Shown here: positions 51,875 through 62,500 of the stretch, piece after piece
Layout of the letters: each line of letters starts with the position of its first letter
Numbering within the stretch: the stretch's first letter is position 1
Source: a virus
Direction: 5' to 3' (one strand)
DNA length: 64,000 bases
Virus record (IMG/VR): IMGVR_UViG_3300045988_066341
The notes under the pieces: generated by a model
What the model was told of the DNA's origin: nothing
The model's database searches: none
The model's input: only the letters and a program-made list of their open reading frames with translations
Position numbers and translations under genes: made by a program

Positions 51875-51908
51875 AAAACAAAAAGCCTACCCGTTTCCGA
51901 GTAGGCTT
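51875..51908 (-). terminator. rho-independent terminator after 51929..52609
   Basis: Stem AAGCCTAC/GTAGGCTT (8 bp) with a 10-nt loop, then TTTTTGTTTT on the minus strand. Confidence 0.55.
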
Positions 51909-51928
51909 AATGATCAAACTAACGGTGT

Positions 51929-52609
51929 TTATTTAAAGGAAGCCACATTATCCTTATCCATCCTATATCTACTTAGTTCATTCTCGTTAAGGTTGAATTG
52001 CTTGGCGACCATATCCAAAATCTCCTCCACCAAAGGATCGGGCAGCTCAGGGTCGATGTCCGTGGACCGCCCACCGGCGGCGTTGATGTACCCGGCCAGA
52101 TCCACCCGTACCGGATTCCGGTAGTAGGTCATCCTGACCTCGTCTGTGAGGAAGCCGTCCTCATACACCACGACCTTCCCGTCACCTATGGTGTAAAACG
52201 TTTCCCGATAGTCAAAAGAAGGTTTATTATTATCATCCCCAAGAAGCTCATGGACATTCTCGTTCTTAGCCTCCCACATGACAAAATCTCCAACCTCACA
52301 TCCATTATAAGAAAACGCTCCTTTTATATTTGAGAACCATAAATAATCATCAGGAAGACCGAATGATGTCGATTCGGGGTCATCAATATGATTGATCTTA
52401 TTAAGCGATTTCCAGTATACCAGAAGAGTTTGTATAGATCGGATGGTCTCATCATCCTTCCTATTAAGATAGTATCTTATCAACCTATCCTGAGCCTCGT
52501 TGAACAAAAGCACGAACCTCCCAGGATCAAGCTTAATCCCACCATTGGCGAGATTCTGCTCATTCTTCTGCAAAGACCTTAGATACGCTTCTTGGATCGT
52601 CATCGTCAT
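51929..52609 (-). CDS. hypothetical head/neck-module protein, 226 aa
   Basis: ORF with a 4-nt overlap with the upstream gene. The call rests on position only. Confidence 0.45.
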   Translation of the reverse strand: MTMTIQEAYLRSLQKNEQNLANGGIKLDPGRFVLLFNEAQDRLIRYYLNRKDDETIRSIQTLLVYWKSLNKINHIDDPESTSFGLPDDYLWFSNIKGAFSYNGCEVGDFVMWEAKNENVHELLGDDNNKPSFDYRETFYTIGDGKVVVYEDGFLTDEVRMTYYRNPVRVDLAGYINAAGGRSTDIDPELPDPLVEEILDMVAKQFNLNENELSRYRMDKDNVASFK

Positions 52610-53667
52610 TCCTCCGTATTAACCTTATCACCTTCACCTACGTCTTCCTTCTTCTTGACATCCTTAACCTTCTTGGTCTTATCGTCTATATTAGAAATAG
52701 ACATAAGTTCCTCGTACTCATCCAAGACATTAGCCTTTACACTGATAAGATCTTTCTTGGTAGCCAAGAACTCGGCGGACGTACGGGTGTCAGGGCCTAT
52801 GATCTGACCATTATATTGCAAGCCGGATGGAGTCATGTTAATACGACCGTTACGTTGAAGGACGTTTATGATACGATAGAACTCAAGAACTTCCTTAAAA
52901 TCACCCTCCAATGAACGATCCCAGATATCAAGCAGATAATCGATGTTGGTCTTCTTCTCGTTCATCCAGTTTGATAGTGATCCGGTGTAATAATCATCCT
53001 CTGTAAAATCAGGACGGGTCACGATACCGATGTACAGAAGAAGGTCGATGACAGCCTGACGTTCCTTGCCACCTTTCTTAAGGGCGTCGATGAACTTATA
53101 GCTGATATTCATCTTATTGATCTCACGCTGCTGAACGAAATCCTTGGCGTTGTCTTTCTCAATGAAACAGAACATGGAGTTCATGAAAATAGGATCACCA
53201 TCCATTTCCTGAGGAGTCAACATGCCAGAAAATACAGCCAGATATAAATAAAATAACTCAACGGTATTAGCCGTGTTATAAACCTTACCCATATAGATCT
53301 TGTCTTTAGCATCATCCCAAAACTCGAAATTGGTCTGGGAAAGATCCTTCTGGGATATATTCTCAAAAGGCTTCATTATATTATTGACACGCTGATCAAC
53401 CAACTTATCAACCTCATCCTTATCCATGCCATTATAACATCTTGATCTTGGATAAAAACCGGTATTGTAAACCTCTGAGAAATCATCCCACGGGCAACAT
53501 ACGTGAGTAGCATTCTCCGGGAACGGAGCCTTGGCTATATTGGCGTCTTGGAAGGCCTGCGGAGCGCTTCCGTCGTGTTTACCTACTACCTCATACAAGG
53601 TATCTGACATGATATTGAAGCCGTTTACCTCGACCAATACCTTCTTTGATTTTAAAATCTCTTTCAT
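52606..53667 (-). CDS. hypothetical head-module protein, 353 aa
   Basis: ORF only, with a Lys/Glu-rich C-terminal tail. Confidence 0.45.
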   Translation of the reverse strand: MKEILKSKKVLVEVNGFNIMSDTLYEVVGKHDGSAPQAFQDANIAKAPFPENATHVCCPWDDFSEVYNTGFYPRSRCYNGMDKDEVDKLVDQRVNNIMKPFENISQKDLSQTNFEFWDDAKDKIYMGKVYNTANTVELFYLYLAVFSGMLTPQEMDGDPIFMNSMFCFIEKDNAKDFVQQREINKMNISYKFIDALKKGGKERQAVIDLLLYIGIVTRPDFTEDDYYTGSLSNWMNEKKTNIDYLLDIWDRSLEGDFKEVLEFYRIINVLQRNGRINMTPSGLQYNGQIIGPDTRTSAEFLATKKDLISVKANVLDEYEELMSISNIDDKTKKVKDVKKKEDVGEGDKVNTEE

Positions 53668-53692
53668 TTCCTTATTTTTGCGTTACTTTCCT

Positions 53693-53723
53693 AAAAAAAG
53701 AGGAGAGGAATATCCTCCCCTCT
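53693..53723 (-). terminator. rho-independent terminator after the MCP candidate
   Basis: Stem AGAGGAGAGGA/TCCTCCCCTCT (10 of 11 pairs) with a 3-nt loop, then T7 on the minus strand. Confidence 0.6.
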
Positions 53724-53751
53724 AAAAACCAAATTACATATGAAAAAAAAC

Positions 53752-55455
53752 TTAGCCGAAGTAGTTCGGTTGAAGCTCGATGATCAAGAACTTGCTGTTA
53801 TCCATAACCCAAGCCGCGGAAGCTGAGTGACACCAGAATTGCTCTTTCATGCCCGGCAAGGATGATACGATCTCATTTCCGTTGGCTTTGTGCGCCCAAC
53901 GACCGTACTCATAACCCCACCACATGCTTACGCCTTCTGGCTTGATATAAAATACGTTGTTATTCATATTACCTAACTTAGCGTTAGCCGTATTAGGAAT
54001 AGCGGAATATGCGTTAGTCGATCCAGCGTCAGTGATATTCTCAATAATACAAGAATAAGAGGATCTAGGATACATGCCATTCACTAACTCGCTACGATCT
54101 GTCATGTCAGCGTAATCCAAAGAAGGATCGTGCTCGAACTCTACATTTCCGATGCCGGGAAGAAAAGCGCCCTTAACCTGTACCGGACCTAAGATCATAG
54201 CATCATTAGTACCAGAGATAGGATTAGAAGGCAACATACGGTCACTACCCATACCCCAGCTCAAATTACTCAACGTAGTAAAGAAAGCCTCTCTAATCAA
54301 CTTCTCTAAGTTGACCATAGCCATAGCTCCTACCTTGAACTTAATCTTACGCTCCGTAATAGGAAGATCTTGACGACCACGGAAAATATAAGCGGCAGCA
54401 GCCATAAGAGTATCCTTAGTAATACCCATCGGGCGACTATAGTAGATAGTATAACCACGGCGAAGCTGACGGTAGATACCCTCATTCAAATGGATAGGAC
54501 CATTTTGATCCATAATAATACCACCTTCTTGCCACATCAACTGTCTAGCTTCCAGCTTAACCAACTCAGCCATACAGAATACCTCCAGCGTGGACGCTAC
54601 CTTAGCCGTACGTAAATCAAGCCTACCATTAACCGTCCTGCCGATAATAGCCAAATCAGGAATATTGCCCTCATACTCGCTTCTCATAGCATTCATACGA
54701 CGAAGGGCGGTCTCCACGAACTCTGAAGTGCTATTCTGGGCGGCCTGCATGGACTTCATACCAGCATACATAGTGGTCTCACCCTCAACGCCACGGTGGT
54801 TTCCTAAACGGAATTCACAAGTCATAGAACCGGCCTTGTCAGCTCCAGATACCTTAGAGAACTGGGTACTATACTCACCAAGAGCATGACCGATCTTCCA
54901 GTAACGGATACCCGGACGTAATTTCTCTTTAGGGAAGTATTTAGCCTTTCCGCCGATAACACGACCCCAATAACGTGTCAAATCACCTTCTGTCTTAGAC
55001 GGTATCTCACCTGAGATAAGGATATTACAGCCGTTAGCGGCGTCATAGGTGATGACATCATAAGCCGTAAACTCAGATGTATTCAAAACGATATCAAACA
55101 AACTTCCATCAATACCCGGTTTCAGATGATGAGTCGAAGTATCCTCCGCCGTAACTACAGCGAATGTCTTTGTAACGGGAAGATCATAACGGAAAGAAGC
55201 TCCAATACCGTTAACGGAGATCGTAGCGCCGTTATTAATCATACCCATATACATCGGAACGGGGTAATTAGCGATATTAGAGAACAGATTCAACAGACCC
55301 AAATGATTCTTGTCCGGATCCTCATAATACCAGCTCGCCAATGAGCCTAAGTTATGCTCTACGAGCGAAGTCTTATAGTTCTTGGCATCGGTGAAGGCAA
55401 TAACGTTATCGCCATTCACGGTAGCCGGAAAACTTTTTGTCAAAAAAGGGTTCAT
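53752..55455 (-). CDS. major capsid protein candidate, 567 aa
   Basis: The classical order TerL, portal, scaffold-like, then this gene, followed by a strong terminator. I recognise no explicit HK97-fold motif by eye. Confidence 0.45.
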   Translation of the reverse strand: MNPFLTKSFPATVNGDNVIAFTDAKNYKTSLVEHNLGSLASWYYEDPDKNHLGLLNLFSNIANYPVPMYMGMINNGATISVNGIGASFRYDLPVTKTFAVVTAEDTSTHHLKPGIDGSLFDIVLNTSEFTAYDVITYDAANGCNILISGEIPSKTEGDLTRYWGRVIGGKAKYFPKEKLRPGIRYWKIGHALGEYSTQFSKVSGADKAGSMTCEFRLGNHRGVEGETTMYAGMKSMQAAQNSTSEFVETALRRMNAMRSEYEGNIPDLAIIGRTVNGRLDLRTAKVASTLEVFCMAELVKLEARQLMWQEGGIIMDQNGPIHLNEGIYRQLRRGYTIYYSRPMGITKDTLMAAAAYIFRGRQDLPITERKIKFKVGAMAMVNLEKLIREAFFTTLSNLSWGMGSDRMLPSNPISGTNDAMILGPVQVKGAFLPGIGNVEFEHDPSLDYADMTDRSELVNGMYPRSSYSCIIENITDAGSTNAYSAIPNTANAKLGNMNNNVFYIKPEGVSMWWGYEYGRWAHKANGNEIVSSLPGMKEQFWCHSASAAWVMDNSKFLIIELQPNYFG

Positions 55456-55474
55456 AATTATCTATCTTTTAATG

Positions 55475-56632
55475 TTATACACTCTTTGATCCACTCAGAT
55501 CAAGGAAGTTAGCTTCTATAGTATCGTTATCGATATTATTTTTATTCTGCTTTCCTCCCTTATTGCCAGAAAGAAGAGTGATGGTCTTCTTATTGACCTC
55601 CATCTTAGCCTTGTTAGTCTTCTGTTTAAGGAACTCGTCCTTATTCATCAAGAACAAAGCCAGATCAGCGGCCATGTCCGGATTCTTGATAGCCTCCGAA
55701 TAAGCTTTATCTATAGCCGTATGACCTTGATTGTCTATCGGCTTGGTAACGAAATCGACAGCCTTACCTATCATCGTGTCAGTCAACTGAAATCCTGAGC
55801 TTATAGATGTCTTTAGACCTTTCTTATAGACTTTCATCTGCTCAACTAACTCCTGTCTCCTTTTCTCGGACTTCTTTTTCTCCTCCTCGATAAGGTTATC
55901 CATCTCCTTTTTCAGGATATCATGGAATTTATTTGCCTTGGACTCAATAAACTCATCACCCTTGCCAATCATCATCTCCATATTATCCTTTATCTCGTCT
56001 TCCGGCATACCCAACATCTTATAATAATGCTGGATGACCGCAAGCTGATCATTTCTGTTGTTCATATCAAGGTTGTCCAACGGAGCCTGAATACTCTGAT
56101 ATTGGCTTAATAGTTGGCCAACGTTACCACCGGCCTTATCCACCTCTATCATCTTCTTCATGAAATCAGACATCGAGCCGGTATCAACCTTATCCTTTAA
56201 CAACTCATCAGCCTTATCCTTGATCAACCCCTCCACTATATCAAGTAAATCATCTTCTTTTGTGATAGTAGAAAGATCGACTGGCTTATCATCTACCATA
56301 ATATCAAGGTTATCGATACTGTCAATGATACCTCTGGCGGCCATCTTTTCCAAGAAAGATTTCCCGTTAAAACCTGACACCACGTTATTATTATCAGTAC
56401 CGCCTTCGCCAAAGGAATCCGGGTCTGGGTTGGTAGCGTCGCCGCCCTTATCCCCGCCACCGTCAGCCGCTCCGCCGTCGGCAGGCTCTTCCTTGGTATC
56501 ACCTATAGGATTACCATCCTTATCATATTTACCCTCGATATTATTCTTATCGCCATCACCGTCACCACGGTAAAAAAGTTCCTCGACACTCATGGTCTTA
56601 AAACCCTTAGCGAAATCACCCATGTCATTCAT
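55475..56632 (-). CDS. scaffolding-like protein, 385 aa
   Basis: Acidic Gly/Asp-rich N-terminus, then a long helical Lys/Glu-rich region. It lies between the portal and the MCP candidate. Confidence 0.4.
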   Translation of the reverse strand: MNDMGDFAKGFKTMSVEELFYRGDGDGDKNNIEGKYDKDGNPIGDTKEEPADGGAADGGGDKGGDATNPDPDSFGEGGTDNNNVVSGFNGKSFLEKMAARGIIDSIDNLDIMVDDKPVDLSTITKEDDLLDIVEGLIKDKADELLKDKVDTGSMSDFMKKMIEVDKAGGNVGQLLSQYQSIQAPLDNLDMNNRNDQLAVIQHYYKMLGMPEDEIKDNMEMMIGKGDEFIESKANKFHDILKKEMDNLIEEEKKKSEKRRQELVEQMKVYKKGLKTSISSGFQLTDTMIGKAVDFVTKPIDNQGHTAIDKAYSEAIKNPDMAADLALFLMNKDEFLKQKTNKAKMEVNKKTITLLSGNKGGKQNKNNIDNDTIEANFLDLSGSKSV

Positions 56633-56655
56633 ACAATTTCCTTTTTTGCTTTTTA

Positions 56656-56663
56656 CAAAATTA
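56656..56663 (-). promoter_or_regulatory. -7 promoter box (TAATTTTG)
   Basis: 24 nt upstream of ATG 56632. Confidence 0.4.
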
Positions 56664-56766
56664 TCATTAATCTAATTACCAATTAAATCAAACCCATTAT
56701 AGTATATGACAGAATTTTACGCCAAAATGATTACAGATTTTGTAAAAATATTTACAAAACTTGTAA

Positions 56767-59529
56767 TCAATTCTTGTTTATTATTGACGTAAACCTATCT
56801 GTATCAGAACGTTTGTTCCTAGCATCTATCTCCTTTTCCTTTAATTCCAACTTCCTTTTCTCTATCTCCTCACGAGATCTTCGCTCAGCCTCGGCATTAG
56901 CCTGTCTGGTTCTCATATCCTCTTCCTTGATATCAAGATCTCTTTCCCTTAAAGCCCTATCAGCCATAGCCTCGACATAATCCATGCCTTCCGAGTTGTT
57001 CTCGGTCATAGCCGCTTGACCGGCGGCCATTATGCTCTTACCTCGTAAGTCGAAGTTGCCCTTGATATAAGCCAGTTCCTTATCCTTCTCATGCTCATCA
57101 TTACGAGCCTGTTGATCGGCCTCAGCTTGCTGCTGGACAAGTCGCTGTTGATTCTGGTATTCTTCCTGCCTTACACGATCGGCGTAAGATCTAGCATCCC
57201 TTCCGATCTGATTCATCTCAGCCGTTGAGTTGGCGCTCATCATCCTAGTGATATCAAGTAAGTCATTACCTAACGTATTTGTCTGTAATATATATTGTTT
57301 CAAATTCTCCAATTCCAGACGTTTCTTGGAATTAGAGACAGCCATAACATTAAGATGACGTAACGACAAGCTATTATCCGTAAGACTGATGTAAGCCAAG
57401 GAAAGATCGCTGTTCCTGTACATCACGGTCCAATCGTATCCTTCCTTCTGGCATACTTGAGCCACGGCTAGATGAATATCCAATGTCCGTTTCTTGAAGT
57501 CATCGAAATCATTAAAGTAAGTCTGGGTCTGTAACATGGTAGCGTTAACCCCCTGTTTTACGCCCGTAGAACTCTCGTATCTGGTTGACTGACCCATTGC
57601 CTGTTCGGATATACCTATCATCCTATAAGCCATCATATAGGCGTAAGAAGCCATTTCCATACGGGATCTTATCTGATCCGTATTAGTAAGATCATATACA
57701 CCAAACTGGTTATATATGCTACTCATCTGCGGATTCTGGTAAGGATTATTCGTATCATTACCACCTACACCCATAAACGATACAGACTTAACGATCTGCA
57801 TAAAAGTAGCTAAAGCGCCCTTCTTGTCCATCATATCCTTATATTCAGTAGGCAGGAATCCCAAGTCACCTAAGAAGAACTTACCGATCTCCTTCTCGGC
57901 GTTATTGTATAGCTGATTCATAGCAAGGTTATACATCATCTGGAACGGTTGTATGCGATCAGCGAGACTGGCCCCTATAAATCCAGAAACCGGAATGACA
58001 TAATCATACAGACTGCTGTCACCATGTATCTGATGAGGTATTGGATCCCCACCAATATATATAGGCTTATCCATTAAATTACCTCCGGTGATCTTAACGC
58101 CAAACCTAACCTCAGGAACATACTCCAAGATGTAGGTGTTCACCTCAGGATCACCAACGGCTTCGGCCATAACCCTCTTCACTTTCTTGATACCGTTCTT
58201 CTCCAAGAACTCCGGGAGCAGCTCATCGGTAACAAGCTCCTGATCCACCATCCCAGTCTCCGTCATGTAAGTTATTAAGAATACCGGTTTCATGGATACC
58301 CAATATCCCTCCATAACCCTAAAAAGGCGGGAATCTATCTCATATCTCTTGCCATCGGCCATTCCGGAGTTGAAATATCCAAAGGGATGGAAGCGGGGCA
58401 AGAAGCGGGGCTGGGTGTGCTCCTCCCCGTCCGGCCCGAAGGTGTGGTACTCACCCATCGGAACGCCGTAGTAATCCTCAGCGGCGACTATAGATTCATA
58501 GTCATGGTATCCCTTCCATGGGACAACCTCATTCTCGTACATACCGGTAATAGACGGCTTCTTTTTCTTCCAGTCATACCTAGTACCGTCATTAGATACC
58601 CACCCCTCATAATCATCATCACCGCCCATAATACGACGCTTGTCCTTGGCCGTCATCTTATGGCCGTATCTTGATATCAGCTCAACACCCTCGTAATAAT
58701 GAATACGGCCCACATAAGATCCGTATTGCGGGTATTTCACGTCAGGATGGAAAACCTCCATCGGGCTCCATACCTCCGGACGATAGTAGTCGAAGCCAAC
58801 GAAATGATTACGGAACATCTTTCCGCTAAGAAGACGATCCCGGAAATTCTCCCTGTCAAGCTCATCCATATAAAACCGGCTACGGTCGGCCTCGATCGTA
58901 TGATCCCCCCATACCGCCGCCTGCGTCTTCCATCTTGTACTCATGAACCTCTGGATATCATCAGGGGTCATAGACGCCTTGACCTGTTGTATTTGCCGAA
59001 CGTAAGCCTGACGATCCTCCTCGGAATTAAACTCATTGTACGTAGGATCAAGACCGGCCTCTACAAGACGCTGATTAACGATAATATCCCACTGTTCTTG
59101 TATATGACGATGAAGTAAGTTTGACATCGTATCCTCATACTCACTTATAGCCATATCCCCTACCTCGTTAACCGTATACTTATCCTGTAGGTTTGTCAGC
59201 CATCCCTCAAAAGCGTTTACGATACCACCTATGATATCATAATGCTTCAAGAAAGAAGGGATTCTTATATCGCTCCTTAGCTTCTGTACGTTCCTTAACT
59301 GAGGGATGACATCCGCCATCTCCATAAAAGATAACTTACCATCCGCCATCAGATAATAGTCACGGTACATCTGGTTGCGATCATACTGTTTCAATCCTAT
59401 CGCCTCAAGAGCGTCCATACAATCCTCTTTCCACTTCCTGTTCTTTTTCTTCGTGGAAATAGCCTGAGGAGGTAATCCTAATAACGCTCCTTTTGCTGGA
59501 AACGAATGATCTCTATTAAACACTTCCAT
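56767..59529 (-). CDS. portal protein candidate, 920 aa
   Basis: Immediately downstream of TerL, of large size, with a highly charged coiled-coil C-terminus. The call rests on position and size. Confidence 0.55.
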   Translation of the reverse strand: MEVFNRDHSFPAKGALLGLPPQAISTKKKNRKWKEDCMDALEAIGLKQYDRNQMYRDYYLMADGKLSFMEMADVIPQLRNVQKLRSDIRIPSFLKHYDIIGGIVNAFEGWLTNLQDKYTVNEVGDMAISEYEDTMSNLLHRHIQEQWDIIVNQRLVEAGLDPTYNEFNSEEDRQAYVRQIQQVKASMTPDDIQRFMSTRWKTQAAVWGDHTIEADRSRFYMDELDRENFRDRLLSGKMFRNHFVGFDYYRPEVWSPMEVFHPDVKYPQYGSYVGRIHYYEGVELISRYGHKMTAKDKRRIMGGDDDYEGWVSNDGTRYDWKKKKPSITGMYENEVVPWKGYHDYESIVAAEDYYGVPMGEYHTFGPDGEEHTQPRFLPRFHPFGYFNSGMADGKRYEIDSRLFRVMEGYWVSMKPVFLITYMTETGMVDQELVTDELLPEFLEKNGIKKVKRVMAEAVGDPEVNTYILEYVPEVRFGVKITGGNLMDKPIYIGGDPIPHQIHGDSSLYDYVIPVSGFIGASLADRIQPFQMMYNLAMNQLYNNAEKEIGKFFLGDLGFLPTEYKDMMDKKGALATFMQIVKSVSFMGVGGNDTNNPYQNPQMSSIYNQFGVYDLTNTDQIRSRMEMASYAYMMAYRMIGISEQAMGQSTRYESSTGVKQGVNATMLQTQTYFNDFDDFKKRTLDIHLAVAQVCQKEGYDWTVMYRNSDLSLAYISLTDNSLSLRHLNVMAVSNSKKRLELENLKQYILQTNTLGNDLLDITRMMSANSTAEMNQIGRDARSYADRVRQEEYQNQQRLVQQQAEADQQARNDEHEKDKELAYIKGNFDLRGKSIMAAGQAAMTENNSEGMDYVEAMADRALRERDLDIKEEDMRTRQANAEAERRSREEIEKRKLELKEKEIDARNKRSDTDRFTSIINKN

Positions 59530-59551
59530 GATTATTCAATTTTATTTACAA

Positions 59552-59559
59552 CAAAGATA
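59552..59559 (-). promoter_or_regulatory. -7 promoter box (TATCTTTG)
   Basis: 23 nt upstream of ATG 59529. Confidence 0.45.
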
Positions 59560-59579
59560 GGCGTTTAATTGACATTCAT

Positions 59580-62500
59580 TTACCTAAAAGCTCCTATAGA
59601 TACCGATCCAAAGGCAGAGGCATATACCTCATGGTGTTTATAAGCGTCTTCCTTGCGGGCATTATTCATCTCCTCGATCTTCGATTTAGGCATGTAATTG
59701 TTATCGTCAAAATATCTGGAGAGAACCAACGCATGCCCGAACGCTATTATCCTATCGACGTTCAATCCGGGCTTGTACTGTATTATCTCATCCAGTAGGG
59801 CTATATCATCAATCAACTCAATACCCTTGACAGTTATATCAAGACCAGTCTGATCATCATAACCAATAACGAAATCCTGCCAGCAATAATCCACGACGCA
59901 CGAGAATAGCAGGTTCTGGTTGCCGGGGGTAGGGTATAGCCCCAGCTTGCTGTTCTGCCGGGAGCCGGCCTTCACATACTTATTGGCTATTGCCTCACCA
60001 GCAAACAGAAAGAAAGACGCTGGCATACCACTTTTACGGTTAAGATACTGCTCATACATCTGGTCAGCGTTCTCCATAAGACATATAGCACCATATCCTT
60101 TCTGAAGCACCTCGCACGTACGGCAAAACTGATCTATGGATGATGGGCGGGATACGTATGAAGCCACTATTCTATAGGCATAAGGATCTCGAATACCAAC
60201 ACGTCTCTTGAATACATAAAAAGCACCTAATGAAGGGGTATCAGACTTGGCCTGTTTATAAGGGTCGCAATTGTGAACAGATATATTCCTTAATAAATAA
60301 TTATTCGTATCACATTCAAAATTATACACAGGACCGGTATACTTTTCTTTAGTTATAGATGATATCCTGACATATATATACTTATTATCATTACTAATAA
60401 ATATACCTGTGGAAGGACTTTTTCTTGTGCTGGTATCCATACATACTTTAGACAATTTAGATATATAATCAGGAGTTAATGTCTCAACCAACTTCATGAA
60501 ATACACAGTATAGTTATGGCCTATCCTTAAATGATAACATGATCTTTGAGATTTAACCTTATTGCCATCTATATATTCAGCCCTATTTTTTTTCATTATG
60601 GATATACCTCCAACTACTCCAAGAGATAACAATATATCCTGTATACCCTCAAGAAGATCCATACTGACACTTACGAAATCCATGCCCGAATAATTGCGAA
60701 AATCATTATGGATAGATCCATCCGTATCCAGATATCCATGAATTAAACTAACCTTCATGCTAAACGGGAGGTATTTAGCAAATTCAGGAATATATTTACC
60801 ATAACAATATTTACCAAAATTATTAACAAGCCACTCGCTTAGATAAACATGCTTAAAATTTAATTCCCAATTACCCTTCCTGCATCTCTCCGAAGGCTTA
60901 ATACCAAAAAGATTATCTATAACCTTGTAATACCTATCCCTCTCTTCTGGATAGTCAAAACAAATAGCCATCTGTACACGACACTGCTTATCAATCCATC
61001 CATTCCCTAGCCACATCCCGACAAACCACCAAAAATCATCAGAAAGCATATAATCCCTAAATCCCGGAATATCCATCCTTTCTTCGGCATACATATTTGG
61101 GATCCTTGTCCACTGTCCCTCTTTTATATCCTTGACAGGTATGTAATCAAACTTGAATAAATCTTCCCTAACCCTTCTCCCTACGGTCTTATGATCAGAA
61201 ACAAAAATAGGATGATCAGAAGTAAATCTATTTATTCTTACGCCATTATACATCTTTATCGAATAAAGATCCTCTTCGACCATATTTCTGACAAGTCTCT
61301 TGCGTATCCTAACATTATCCCCTTCATTATTAACCAAGAAATCATCATAGTCAACATCCTCTACATTCTTATATCCATCAGGGGTCAACACCCTTTCTCC
61401 GGGAGGCATACATCCTGCGACATAAATAAAATCATCAAACCTATTAGATTGAGGCATCTCAAATATCTGGACAGGAGCGTCAATAACACCGCCGCTAAAC
61501 GGGAAACCAGCCAATTGCTTATTCGATTTAGTAGTACCAAGCTTATTTCCCGATTCAAGAAAAACATCACACAACATGCCGCTATATTGCCCTGACTCAA
61601 GAAGATCATTCTTATGCTTGATAGCGTACTCGACCGGAAATAGGTTCTGGGATGAGCTTAAAAAACAGTCGTCAATCGTAAATGGATAGAACATGGTATG
61701 AGAGGTATAAGCTACCCTATCTTTCGTAGATAGCTTCTTCCGTTCCTCGTTAAGCTTATTGGTACTGGCTTCAAAATCCGTGGCATCAATCTTAATCTTA
61801 TTAAGCTTCTTGTCATCAGGCTTACCAAGATAATCGCCCAATCCTATAGTTCTCTTAACACCGGAGTTAGCCATCTGACCGGGAACGAACATCGCCCATT
61901 TCCGTTCTTTCCATGTTTTCCCTTTCATGGCTCTACGATTTAAAATATCCCAGTCCATAACCAGAAGATTGTAGGTCTCAGGATCAGAAAACATTTCTTG
62001 AGCGTCCTTGGATAATTCTACCTCACCACCAGTACCAGCCAAGATAGGGCTAAGACGCCAGCCGTAAGGAGTGTCGTAGGAAGGCATAGCGGCAGTGTAC
62101 GGCTTCTTGATAGGTCCCTTACCAACCTCGTCGAAAATAGCCGTAGCCGGTGTCAAACCAGCCGTCTTCTGAGTGGAGGTCTTCCTACCCATGTTGATGT
62201 TGGCTATAGAGATAATGGCATGGATATCACGTACGCCATTGGACATCCTCTTGCCTAATGTAACGCCCGAACTCCAGTCGGTCTTGGTCCTGTTGATCCT
62301 GAAAAAAGGATGCACATGATCAAGACCATACTCACAATACTCACCTATATTAGATAAATCGCTATCGCTGAAACCTACCACGGAATGGCTAAGCCCGATC
62401 GTCATGGTAGCGTTCATCTGGAGAAGTGATGACATGATGGTCGTATTATGGGATACGACAAAATTGGTAGTAAGAAACTGATGAGATTTATTATCTACCT

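Noticed and set aside
56738-56759. The AT-only palindrome TTTTGTAAA-AATA-TTTACAAAA after the portal gene as a terminator.
   Set aside because: The stem is entirely A/T and has no following T-run on the minus strand. It is more likely part of the promoter region (TTTG elements) of the scaffold-like gene.
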